From: Planctomycetota bacterium
GTDB lineage: Bacteria > Planctomycetota > Planctomycetia > Pirellulales > UBA1268
NCBI GenBank assembly: GCA_037129495.1
Contig: JBAXUW010000004.1
Coordinates: 1-50,568, forward strand
DNA length: 50,568 nt
Reading direction: 5' to 3'
Shown here in pieces: positions 11,080 to 20,352 of the stretch. Positions within the stretch are counted from its first letter, which is position 1. Each line of letters begins with the position of its first letter. A model generated the notes under the pieces. It was not told where the DNA came from. It did no database searches and worked only from the letters and a program-made list of their open reading frames with translations. Position numbers and translations under genes: made by a program.

Positions 11080-11141
11080 TAGAAAAAGAAAAACGTGCCA
11101 GCCACAAGGCTGGGCAATTTGGGTAACGCCTCTTCATGGTT

Positions 11142-11170
11142 CCCCGTGGGATACGTTGTCTAACTTGTCC
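11142..11170 (+). repeat. REP-like repeat, type A
   Basis: CCCCGTGGGATACGTTGTCTAACTTGTCC. Confidence 0.7.
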
Positions 11171-11372
11171 ACTACGTCTTGCTACCGTCTGTGGCAACGC
11201 GCCGCCGAGCCGACCGCGACCATGGAAGCTCCCGACTCACCCACCCCAAGAGTTAGAGGCAGACCGCCTCGAAAATGCCGAGAGAACTCGCTGATGACAA
11301 CGCCTGTGTCGCGATCACAGCATGCAGTACTGATCAATACACAGTTCACGCTTACCCGCCTTATCACGCTGC

Positions 11373-11433
11373 GGTTGGTCATGGTTGGTCATGGTTGGTC
11401 ATGGTTGGTCATGGTTGGTCATGGTTGGTCATG
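11373..11433. repeat. 10-bp tandem repeat (GGTTGGTCAT) x6
   Basis: Six perfect consecutive copies read directly. Confidence 0.97.
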
Positions 11434-11475
11434 CAAACTCCAACGTCGGATCGGAACCGAACGCGCAACTCAACC

Positions 11476-12396
11476 TCAATCCCGAAAAGAGGACAAGTTG
11501 GAAAACGTATCCCACGGGGGCAGCAACCGCTGTGCCGAACAGGATTGGTGCCAGGCACCGTTTTGGAGGGTGCCGGCAAGGGCTTCGAGTGAGATAGGGC
11601 GGCCGAGAACGGCGGCGCCGGCCCGCAGGGCGGCGAGGACGGTGTCGCCCCGCGGAAAGCTGTCGAGAACTACGATGAAGAGGCTCGGCCGGTTGGCCGC
11701 CAAGAGCCGCAGCCACTCAAGCTCGGGTGGCACCAGGTCGCCAACATCCCAGACGAGCGTTGTGGCGGTCTCATCCAGCCGGGGGCGGCCGAGTTGCCTG
11801 TGCACGACTTTGTGTCCGGCAACCTGGAGCAGGTCGCAGAGTCCCTCAAGATCGTCGGCCCGCGCCGCGGCCACAGACACCTCACTTGCAACTGGCCGTC
11901 CACCACTCCGGATGCCGCCGAGAGGCTCGAGCAGTCGATCCTCACGCCGCGAGGTGGCCGGCAGGCCGAGGCCAGTGGGCCGGCCCTCATCGAGCGCTGT
12001 CAGCCACCAGCTACAACGACCGGGCAGGTCGTGCCAGGGGATCTCCTCAATGCCAGGCAGTTGCGGACCGCTCCGCCGCCGGCCGTCGACCAGGCTCGAT
12101 GCCACCGAGACGATCGGCATCAGCGGCCAGGCCCGCGATAAAAGCAGGGCGTCGGCGACTGTAAACCGGCCCGGCCGATCGGCGGCCAGCACCGCGAATG
12201 TGGGCGTCGGCCCGCCGACTGCAAGAGCGGCCTGTGGGCTCTCGGCATCGATGACCGGCACCTGGGCCGCAACGGCGGTGCGGGCCACGGCCAACTCTAG
12301 GCTGCTGGCACCCCCAATCCATAACACCCGCCGCCGGCCGCCTGTGGCCGGAAAACCGTCGATTTTTAGCGGAGACGTGCTTGAGTTCGCGGGCAT
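11476..12396 (-). CDS. hypothetical protein with degenerate receiver-like domains
   Basis: 306-aa ORF; LVWDV...VVLDSFPR...ALRAGAAVLGRPISL resembles a CheY-like fold. Confidence 0.6.
   Translation of the reverse strand: MPANSSTSPLKIDGFPATGGRRRVLWIGGASSLELAVARTAVAAQVPVIDAESPQAALAVGGPTPTFAVLAADRPGRFTVADALLLSRAWPLMPIVSVASSLVDGRRRSGPQLPGIEEIPWHDLPGRCSWWLTALDEGRPTGLGLPATSRREDRLLEPLGGIRSGGRPVASEVSVAAARADDLEGLCDLLQVAGHKVVHRQLGRPRLDETATTLVWDVGDLVPPELEWLRLLAANRPSLFIVVLDSFPRGDTVLAALRAGAAVLGRPISLEALAGTLQNGAWHQSCSAQRLLPPWDTFSNLSSFRD
11491..11520 (-). repeat. REP-like repeat, type A (inverted)
   Basis: GGACAAGTTGGAAAACGTATCCCACGGGGG. Confidence 0.75.
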
Positions 12397-12409
12397 TCCT
12401 CGATTGTCT

Positions 12410-12874
12410 CATGCCGGCCGCCGTGCCGGCAAATTGGGACTGCGGGACGCCGTTGTCGCTCGACGTTTTCTTCACTCCGGTCGAGAGCGTGACCGATCTC
12501 GTGTCGATCAGCGCCGGTTCCGTTTACACCGGCGAGGCAGCGTCTCTCACGATCCAGGCGATCGCTTCTGATGATGCGATCTACGGCCTGTTTCCTTCCA
12601 CGTTTTTGCGCGACTTTTTTCAGACGAAGACGCTCGCCTCGATCACGAACAACACGTTTACAGATTTTGCATCCCCTCACGACATCAAAGGGCTGCGATT
12701 TACGTTGGTCGACTTCTCTGGGGTCCGGCCCTCGCTTACGCTCCCCACGAGACGGAGTTTGTGTTTGCCGTGGTGCCCGAACCCGGTGCGGGAATATTGC
12801 TGGCCTGCGGCCTGGCCGCGGTCTTGATCGGCCGCCGGTTTACGAAGTGTGGGTCTGCCCGGCCAACGCGCTGA
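12410..12874 (+). pseudogene. frameshifted PEP-CTERM protein remnant
   Basis: VVPEPGAGILLACGLAAVLIGRR (PEP + TM + basic tail, stop 12872-12874) lies in a different frame from the upstream Ser/Thr-rich ORF; shift near 12720; no signal peptide. Confidence 0.7.
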
Positions 12875-12899
12875 ACAAACTGCGGCTGCCGTACCGTGG

Positions 12900-14170
12900 C
12901 TGAATCGTGGCTGATTGGTGAGGGCAGCGAAAAGAGCCGTTGAAAACCGGCACATTTTCCGTTCGGCCCGCGAACGATCTCGGTGACGTAGTCGAGGCTC
13001 ACCTGCAGGCCGCCGCCCAACGCCTCGGTCGCCTTCATGATCACGTGCTGCTCCTCTGACTGACTCAGCGGACGGGCCACGACCAGCCGAAAACAGATTC
13101 GATGAGGGGCGGTCTGAACGACCTGATGCTGGAGAATGGCCCGGACTTCCATCACGGCCCGGTGGCCGTAGTAGGGCGGGCGAAGATCGCCCGCTGGCAG
13201 CATGAGCAGGTCGCGGGCCCGACCGGGAATGGCGTCTCACACAGGCAGCATGCGGCCGCAGCGACAGGGGCCGCTGCCCACCGTGGCCAGATCGCCGATT
13301 TCATACCGCAGAAGCGGCATGGCGAAATTGTGCAGTGGCGTGAGAACGACATCTCCAGTCTCACCGGCAGCGCACGGCCGGCCCGCGGCGTCGAGCACTT
13401 CGACGATCAATTTCTCCGACTGGATGTGCCAGCGGCCCTCTTCCAGGCACTGATACGCGATAGCGCCGGCCTCGCCGGCGGTGTAGGTGCTCGAGAGCGG
13501 GGCGTTCCAGACCTCGCGGCAGAGGGTGGAGAGTTCTGGCGGACTCGCTTCACCGACCACGACTGCCTCCTTGAGCGGTGGGAGCGAGATCTGGTCCTGC
13601 CGGGCACGTCGGAGGATTTCGAAGAGCAACGAGGGAAACGTGCAGACGTAGTCGGGCGCGATGTCGCAGAGTGCTTTGATGAAGGCGGCGATCGTCGCGC
13701 GATAGTCGAGCAGATAGCTCGGGCCTGTAGGCCAGACCGTGGCAACCGGCGCTCCCCAGTCGTTATTTCGCTGCAGGTGGATGGTGTCGTCGAGAACGGA
13801 TCGCTGTTCATTACGGAGCATCGACAGAAAACTCCCCGACAGGTCGCGGCCCCGCCAGATATGCTCGCGGAGTTGGAAGGCCTGCCAGTAGAACGAGTCG
13901 AGCGTGCTGCGGATGATCCGCACCGGTCGCCCCGAGGATCCGGAGGTCACGCTCTCGCCAACGCCCCCGTGGCCGGCGGGTAGCTGACGGGCGTGGAGCG
14001 CACTTCCTAGCAACTGAACATCGGCCCGCTTTAGGATCGGCAGCGACGCCCAGCGTTTGTTCCACTCGGCGGTATCGAGCCCGGCCAGCTGCCGCGACTC
14101 CAGATCGAGGCCGGCGAAGTCCGCCGGAACACGCGGGGTGTGGTGTGGGGAGATGCATGGGCGAGACGCT
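12900..14170 (-). pseudogene. phenylacetate-CoA ligase (PaaK/CapK-like) family pseudogene
   Basis: LPILKRADVQ, TSGSSGRP, YTAGEAG, MPLLRYEIGD, CRCGR; in-frame TGA at 13237-13239 followed by DAIPGRARD...; N-terminus missing; boundaries approximate. Confidence 0.75.
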
Positions 14171-14171
14171 T

Positions 14172-15308
14172 CTATCGGCTGGGGGCCGCCGCGATGGCCG
14201 GGGCGAGCTCTGCGAGGGGCACGCGTTCGGCATGGACGGTAGTGCCTGCGACGTCACGGATGGCGAGCGTTAGGCTAGCGCCGGCAGGCCCCGCGGCCTC
14301 GCCACCGGTCCAATCGATTTCGATCGTGCCGAAGTTGACGCCCCGCTGGTGCGGGCCGAGCCGCAGGGGGTTTGCGTCGCGGCCCATGACGGCCGGCTTC
14401 GGCTGATTGAGGCTGCTGGCCGTGAGATCGTAGAGCGGATAGCCAGCGGCATCGGGGCTGGCGGGAATCCGACTGATCTCCGCGGCATGCCGGTCGCCGC
14501 TGACAAAGATCACGCCGCAGGCTGCGGAGTCGCGGATGAGTTTGAAGAGCCGGGCCCGCTCGGCGGGGAAGTTGCCCCAGTGCTCCCAGTGGTGGTCTGT
14601 GCAGGCGACCTGAATGCTTGACAGCACGATCCGCACCTCGGCGGGCTCTTGCAACGAATGTTCGAGCCAGGCCCACTGCTCATCGCCGAGCACGGTGGCC
14701 GCCGGGTCGTCGGTAGGGCGATAAAGCCCGTCTCCTGGCCTCCGATCGACGGCGGGCAGCGTCGCCAGCGGCGACCGGTGATACCGCGTGTCGAGGCAGA
14801 TGAATTGCACGCGACGGCCAGGGGGGCCCGCGGTCACCGCCTGGTAGATGCCCTCCTGCCTGCGGAGCGGCGCGGCGGCCGGCACGCCAAAGAAATCGAG
14901 AAACACCTTCTGCGACTCGCGGCGCATGGGGTATTCGCGGCCGGCGTCATTGCTGCCAAAATCGTGATCATCCCAGACCGCGATGATCGGCACGCTGCGT
15001 CTGAACGCGGCGAAGCCCTCGTTGGCCGCGAGCAGGGCGTACTTCTGCCGGAGGACGGTCATGTCTTCGGTGTCGCCGTAGATATTGTCGCCGAGCATGA
15101 GAAACACATCGGGCTGAGAGCGGGCCACCGCCGCCCAGATCGGCTGCGGCTTGTCTTGCCGGACGCAGGAACCCACCGCAATCCGCGTGATCGGCTGCAG
15201 CAGGTCGAGATCGGCAGCAGCTGCCGAGTCCCAGGCCGCGACTGCGATCACGATCACGGAGCCGATCCTGAAGATTGGCAGCGGAGATTTGATTGAGGTC
15301 GTATTCAT
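14172..15308 (-). CDS. phoD: alkaline phosphatase D family protein
   Basis: VGSC, GDNIYGD, WDDHD, LDTRY, LGDEQWAWL, SGDRH. Confidence 0.9.
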   Translation of the reverse strand: MNTTSIKSPLPIFRIGSVIVIAVAAWDSAAAADLDLLQPITRIAVGSCVRQDKPQPIWAAVARSQPDVFLMLGDNIYGDTEDMTVLRQKYALLAANEGFAAFRRSVPIIAVWDDHDFGSNDAGREYPMRRESQKVFLDFFGVPAAAPLRRQEGIYQAVTAGPPGRRVQFICLDTRYHRSPLATLPAVDRRPGDGLYRPTDDPAATVLGDEQWAWLEHSLQEPAEVRIVLSSIQVACTDHHWEHWGNFPAERARLFKLIRDSAACGVIFVSGDRHAAEISRIPASPDAAGYPLYDLTASSLNQPKPAVMGRDANPLRLGPHQRGVNFGTIEIDWTGGEAAGPAGASLTLAIRDVAGTTVHAERVPLAELAPAIAAAPSR

Positions 15309-15545
15309 CTTCTCTATCGTCCCACGGCGGCTGCTGAGGCGGCAAGCTGGGCGGGTTGCGGGGGCGATTTTGGAGTGTTGAAAGCCGGCCTTGACCGGTT
15401 TTAAGGTCGGCGGACAATTTGCCCTCGGTCGCGTTCAAGGATGAACGTGACATCGCTGCCCGTGGCATCGATCTCAAGTGGTTGTGCGATCGCGCTGTGG
15501 CACGGTTGTGGCGACCAGCGACAAAAAATAAGGCAGGAGGCCGGT

Positions 15546-17204
15546 ATGCGTGACGATCTGCGCGGTGATTCAAGCGGTCAGGACCAGGGCAACGCCAGAG
15601 GCCGCCACCCGCGGCAGGCTGGCGGCGAGAAGGCTGGCGGCGAGAAGGCTGGCGGCGAGAAGGCTGGAAAGGCCCCTGTGTCCGCGGCCAAGACCGATGA
15701 CCGTGTCATCAGCGTCGCTGAGATCCTGCCCGACGCCACGTTCTTCGCTGGCGACGACATCCTCGCCAGTGGCTGCACGGACGATCCCGACCGCTGCGGT
15801 CCGGGTGATATCTTTGTCGCCCGACTGACGGCCGATGGTGACGGCCACGATGAGGTCGATCGCGCGTTAGCCCGCGGGGTGGCAGGCGTCGTTGCCGAAC
15901 GGATGATCCCCACCTTTGGCACACCGCTGTGCATCGTGCCCGATAGCAGCTGGGCGCTGGCCCGGCTCACTCATGCTTTGGCGGGTGAACCGGTTCGCCG
16001 GCTCAAGGTGATCGCCATCACCGGCACCAGTGGTAAGACGACCACCGCCTGGCTCGCCGCCTCCGTGCTCGCCGAGGCAGGGCTCCGCGTCGGCGTGGTG
16101 TCGGATCTGGGCTGCCTCTCGGCCGACGAGCTTGAGCCGGTAGCCGCCGATTTCAGTCGCCCTGAGGTGCTCGCCTACTGGCTGCGGCGGTTCGAAGCGG
16201 ATGGCTGCACACATGCCGTCATCGAGGTCTCAAGCGCGATGCTCGCGACGCATTGCCTCGCGGGGATTCTCTGCGACACGGTCGTGGTCACGAATCTCGG
16301 CGCGGCTCATCTTGATCAGCACGGCACAGCCGCCGCCTATCGCGAGGTGAAGGCGCGGATCCTCGACTCACTGAGCCCTCAGGGCTGTCTGATCGCCACC
16401 TCAGATGATCCCCGGGTTGCTCAGCTGATCGACCGATGGCTGGCGGTCGATGGCCACGGTCGCGTCATCACGACCGGCCTCAAGGGCCCCGCCGATGTCA
16501 CCGCCTCACCCGTTGAACGAACCCTGCTGGGCCAGACGGTTCTCCTCCGCGCTGGTGGCCATGCAATGCCGGTGGCAGTCTCCACGCCAGTGCCGTCGTT
16601 CATTCGCGATCTGCTGTTAGCTGCCGCCATTGGCCTGCGCTATCAGGTGCCACTCGAGCGAATTGTGCGGGGCATCGAGGCGGCCGGCAGCGTGTCGGGA
16701 CGCATGGAGCCGATCGACCGTGGGCAGGACCACGCGGCCTTCATCGATCATCCCACCAGCGGCCACGCGCTGGCGGCCACGCTTGGCGGGCTCCGCCGGC
16801 TAACCCGCGGCCGGTTTGTCGTGCTGGCGGAGGCAGCCTGTGCCGCCCGGCTTATGAGCGAAGGCTGTGGTTCAGATGCGCAGCTGAGTGATGACGAATA
16901 TCAGGAGGCCGGCGCATTTCGCAGGCGGATCATGCGGTGGGCCGACGACTGCTTGGTTGTCCCCAACACGCTCATGGACGATGCCGGCAATACCGCGGAC
17001 CTGCTGGCCTACGCCCGCATCGATAGGCTCCTGTCGTCACTCGGCGGCGACGACTGCCTGATTATCCTCGGCGATGTCAGCGGCCGCAGCCTGGGTCCGA
17101 CGGAGCCTGACGGCGATCCGCTCTCGTTAGCGGCCATCGTGGACGGCTGGCTGCAACTGGCCCATGTGCCTGAGCCATTTGTATCGGGCCGTTACGCAGC
17201 GTAA
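15546..17204 (+). CDS. murE: divergent Mur ligase (MurE-like)
   Basis: GDIFVA...DGHD, ITGTSGKTTT, EVSS, TNL...HLDQHG, GRME; lacks DYAH and DNPR. Confidence 0.7.
   Translation: MRDDLRGDSSGQDQGNARGRHPRQAGGEKAGGEKAGGEKAGKAPVSAAKTDDRVISVAEILPDATFFAGDDILASGCTDDPDRCGPGDIFVARLTADGDGHDEVDRALARGVAGVVAERMIPTFGTPLCIVPDSSWALARLTHALAGEPVRRLKVIAITGTSGKTTTAWLAASVLAEAGLRVGVVSDLGCLSADELEPVAADFSRPEVLAYWLRRFEADGCTHAVIEVSSAMLATHCLAGILCDTVVVTNLGAAHLDQHGTAAAYREVKARILDSLSPQGCLIATSDDPRVAQLIDRWLAVDGHGRVITTGLKGPADVTASPVERTLLGQTVLLRAGGHAMPVAVSTPVPSFIRDLLLAAAIGLRYQVPLERIVRGIEAAGSVSGRMEPIDRGQDHAAFIDHPTSGHALAATLGGLRRLTRGRFVVLAEAACAARLMSEGCGSDAQLSDDEYQEAGAFRRRIMRWADDCLVVPNTLMDDAGNTADLLAYARIDRLLSSLGGDDCLIILGDVSGRSLGPTEPDGDPLSLAAIVDGWLQLAHVPEPFVSGRYAA
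15616..15667. repeat. 15-bp in-frame tandem repeat (AGGCTGGCGGCGAGA) x3.5
   Basis: Encodes AGGEK repeats in the MurE N-terminus. Confidence 0.95.
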
Positions 17205-17318
17205 CACCGCCCTGGTGGTCCCGATTGGACGCCGGCCCGCTGGCTGAGGCAGAATACTGGTCATGGGTCCGATCTGGGACAAGAATGAAAACGATCGACA
17301 TGACATTAGGTGCTATCG

Positions 17319-18269
17319 ATGAAGTCGCGTCAGAATGGGAAGGCCGTGGATACTCAGCCGACGGATGCTCTCCTCGGTGGCGCAGTCGCCGACGGCTTGT
17401 TTGACGATCTGGGACTGGCGGTCGCCTGCCGCGAACCGCTCTCCCACCACACATGGCTTGGAATCGGCGGTGAGTCGGCCTATTTCTGTGAGCCGGTGGA
17501 TGTCGATGCGCTCTCGCGACTGGTCGTCCGCTGCCACGAACGGAGTCTCCCGCTCCACGTGATTGGCGGCGGCTCCAATATTCTCGTTCCCTCGACCGGT
17601 TTTCCGGGCATGGTCGTGCGACTGTCAGCGCCCGCCTTCTGCGGCATCGATGTCGAGCGGCCGATGCTCCGCGTCGGGGCCGGTGCGAAACTCGTGCACG
17701 TCGTCTCTGCGGCGGTGCAGGCGGGCCTCTCCGGCCTCGAGACGCTCGTAGGCATTCCGGGCACGGTCGGTGGCGCTTTGGTCGGTAATGCCGGTGGCCA
17801 CGGTGGCGACATCGGCGAATGCGTGCGCGAGGTCACTGTGATGTTGCCCGACGGCAAGACCGAAACCCGCACTGGCGGCCAACTGGCCTTCGAATCACGC
17901 TGGAGTAACCTCGACGACTGCATCATCATCGGCTGCCGGCTCGAACTCGACGCAGAGGATCCCGAGCGGCTCACCAAGCGGATGCAAAAGCAGTGGATCG
18001 TGGAGCGGGCCGCCCAGCCCTCTGGCAAGCGGACCGTCGCGATGATGTTTAAGGATCCTCACGGCACCACTGCCGAGTCGCTGGTCGTACAGGCCGGCGG
18101 CCGTGAACTGCGGGTCGGCGAGGCAGCGGTTCATACGCCCCATGCCAACTATGTTGTGGCGTCACCCAATTGCCCGAGCGACGACGTGCGGGCGCTGATT
18201 GAATTGGTGCGGGCGAAAGTCCGTGAGCGGTTGGGAGTAGAGCTTGCGCCGCTGATTGAAGTCTGGTGA
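17319..18269 (+). CDS. murB: UDP-N-acetylmuramate dehydrogenase-like protein
   Basis: HTWLGIGG, IGGGSNILV, GLETLVGIPGTVGGALVGNAG, HANY; start estimated. Confidence 0.85.
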   Translation: MKSRQNGKAVDTQPTDALLGGAVADGLFDDLGLAVACREPLSHHTWLGIGGESAYFCEPVDVDALSRLVVRCHERSLPLHVIGGGSNILVPSTGFPGMVVRLSAPAFCGIDVERPMLRVGAGAKLVHVVSAAVQAGLSGLETLVGIPGTVGGALVGNAGGHGGDIGECVREVTVMLPDGKTETRTGGQLAFESRWSNLDDCIIIGCRLELDAEDPERLTKRMQKQWIVERAAQPSGKRTVAMMFKDPHGTTAESLVVQAGGRELRVGEAAVHTPHANYVVASPNCPSDDVRALIELVRAKVRERLGVELAPLIEVW

Positions 18270-18286
18270 AAGGAACCCGGTAAAAC

Positions 18287-19207
18287 ATGGGTGCCCCGCC
18301 CCGCCGTGGTCGACCGCTGCCTATTGAAGTGCCGAATGAGGGCGGCATTGCCCCGTTTTTCGCCGAGCATCGGGCGGGGATCGGGTCGGTCGCTATCCTC
18401 GTTGCGGCCGCCGTTGCCGGCTGGTCTCTCTGGTCGCGAGTGGCCGATTCAGCCCGGAACCATCCCGACGCGGTGCTGACCCAAGAAGCGGTGACTCTGC
18501 GGGGCTTGGCCCCCTGGGTGCGATGCGACCTCAAGGCGGAGGCGCTCCGCAACGCGAGCCTCGATGGCGGCCTGCCGCTGGATGATCCGGAACTGCCCCG
18601 CCGGCTGGCCCGGGCCTTCGACATGCACCCCTGGGTGAAGCAGGTCGTGGATGTCAGCCTGGTGCATCCCGCCGCTGCCACGGTCGAGATCCTCTGCCGC
18701 GAACCGGTGGCCATGGTGGGTGTGAAGGGTGGCCTCCTGGCGGTCGATGCCGACGGCGTGGTACTGCCGAGCGCCGATTTCACCGCCGATTCCGCCGCCC
18801 TTTATCCGCGCATCTCTGGCGTAGACTCAAGCCCGCAGGGACCCGAGGGCTCGCCGTGGGGCGATGGAATCGTGGAGGAAGGGGCGGCGCTTGCCCTGGC
18901 GATCGGCCCCGAATGGAAGCCGCTGGGGCTGACCGAATGTCGGCCACAGGGAAAGTTTGGGCTGCGTCGCTGGGAGCTGGTTGGGTCACCTTTGGGAACG
19001 ATCCTCTTTGGATCGGCGCCGGGCCGGGAGACGCCGGGAGAGCCGTCAGCGGCGGCAAAGATTGCCAGGCTGCGGTCGCTGAAAGCAGACCCTGATGAGC
19101 CCGCTGCCACTGATGGCGGAATCGATCTGACAGTCGCGGCGGAGGAAGCCGAACGAGCTGAACCACGCCCTGTCGCGCAGCCGCGACAGTCGATTCCGTT
19201 ACCGTGA
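18287..19207 (+). CDS. ftsQ: FtsQ/DivIB-like cell division protein
   Basis: Single N-terminal TM, HPWVKQV...REPVAMV...VDADGVVL pattern; directly after murB. Confidence 0.6.
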   Translation: MGAPPRRGRPLPIEVPNEGGIAPFFAEHRAGIGSVAILVAAAVAGWSLWSRVADSARNHPDAVLTQEAVTLRGLAPWVRCDLKAEALRNASLDGGLPLDDPELPRRLARAFDMHPWVKQVVDVSLVHPAAATVEILCREPVAMVGVKGGLLAVDADGVVLPSADFTADSAALYPRISGVDSSPQGPEGSPWGDGIVEEGAALALAIGPEWKPLGLTECRPQGKFGLRRWELVGSPLGTILFGSAPGRETPGEPSAAAKIARLRSLKADPDEPAATDGGIDLTVAAEEAERAEPRPVAQPRQSIPLP

Positions 19208-19771
19208 GACGGCGGGCGTCTTGAAAGCGGCGATTGGGGTAAGCACGAGTTTGCGGACGGCTTGAAACTGTGGATGCTCGGCGGTGCGGCACCATTCGAA
19301 GATCACAGCCTCAGTGGTCGTGAGAATCGCCCCCGAGGACTCCAACCGCCGCAGCGCGATCTCGTGGTCGAGACCGTGCCTCGCGGTCACCGCATCGACG
19401 GCGATCATGACGACAAGTCCGCGGGCCAGCAGATCGAGCGCTGTCTGCGCGATGCAGACATGGGTCTCGACGCCGCAGAGCACGACCGATTCGATGTCGG
19501 CCGGCAGGGCCTGCGTAAAGGTTTCACTGCCGCAGCAACTGAAGGCCAGCTTTGAGATCGCTGGTGGTAACTTTGCGGCAAGGGCCGGCGGCGTGGAGCC
19601 GAGCCCCTGCGGATACTGCTCCGTGAGCACGGCCCTCACGCCTAGTAGCCCGGCCGCAGCGGCGAGGCGGTCGGTGCTGGCGACTATCCGATCGCCGTCA
19701 GCCATCGCAGCGAGTAGGCGTTCCTGAAGGTCGACGACGCAGAGCAGGGAGGTGGGGACGAAGAGTCGCAC
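19199..19771 (-). CDS. isochorismatase family hydrolase
   Basis: VDLQERL, TEQYPQGLG, KLAFSC, GVETHVCIAQT. Confidence 0.9.
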   Translation of the reverse strand: MRLFVPTSLLCVVDLQERLLAAMADGDRIVASTDRLAAAAGLLGVRAVLTEQYPQGLGSTPPALAAKLPPAISKLAFSCCGSETFTQALPADIESVVLCGVETHVCIAQTALDLLARGLVVMIAVDAVTARHGLDHEIALRRLESSGAILTTTEAVIFEWCRTAEHPQFQAVRKLVLTPIAAFKTPAVSR

Positions 19772-19857
19772 GGTAGGCTCCTGGGTGGATTACGGATCAT
19801 ACGTTTTTCGTCTTCCCGTGTGAAACAAGCCGACCTTTGTTCGGCGAATCCGCGCTG

Positions 19858-20352
19858 TTACAAGTTGGAAATCCTGAAGCCTCCGCGCGGCGTGAACGTA
19901 AACGTGCGGCTGGTTTCAGAATCGATCGTGATCGTGATCTCGAGCCGATCAGCGGGGAGCGCTGGGGTGATCCGCTGCGGCCACTCGACGAAGACCCAAG
20001 CCGCTCCTGCGGTGGCGTCGTCCCAGCCGATCTCGGCAAGGTCGCCTGCACCCCAGAGCCGATAGAGATCGGCATGCACCAGTCGCTCCGGCCCGCCAGC
20101 CCGTGGCGGTATGTCGTGCACATGGATCAGGCCAAAGGTTGGGCTCACCACCTCGACTGGGTCGATACCTATCGCAGCGGCCACCGCCTTCACGAACGTT
20201 GTCTTACCCGCACCGAGGTCACCCTCCAGCGTCACAAACCCGCTGGAGGGTAGGGCTTCCACGAGCCGCCGCGCAAGTGGTGTGAGGGCCATTTCGTCGG
20301 GCAGCACGACAGTTACGGCCGGCGAACGGTCGTCCTCAGCAGTCGAAGGCAT
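19858..20352 (-). CDS. tsaE: tRNA threonylcarbamoyladenosine biosynthesis ATPase
   Basis: LEGDLGAGKTT, VSPTF, HADLYRL, VEWP. Confidence 0.93.
   Translation of the reverse strand: MPSTAEDDRSPAVTVVLPDEMALTPLARRLVEALPSSGFVTLEGDLGAGKTTFVKAVAAAIGIDPVEVVSPTFGLIHVHDIPPRAGGPERLVHADLYRLWGAGDLAEIGWDDATAGAAWVFVEWPQRITPALPADRLEITITIDSETSRTFTFTPRGGFRISNL

Noticed and set aside
11373-11433. Possible CRISPR array
   Set aside because: 10-bp head-to-tail repeats with no spacers and no cas genes
11156-12571. 471-aa plus-strand ORF
   Set aside because: Arg/Ser-rich antisense shadow of the 11476-12396 gene, passing through the microsatellite and a REP
13237-13239. Selenocysteine or recoded TGA
   Set aside because: The position is not a Cys site in this family, the gene is also 5' truncated, and other genes here use TGA as a normal stop
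19815-19890. Additional REP copy (TACAAGTTGGAAATCC)
   Set aside because: Only a partial match; too degenerate to call by eye
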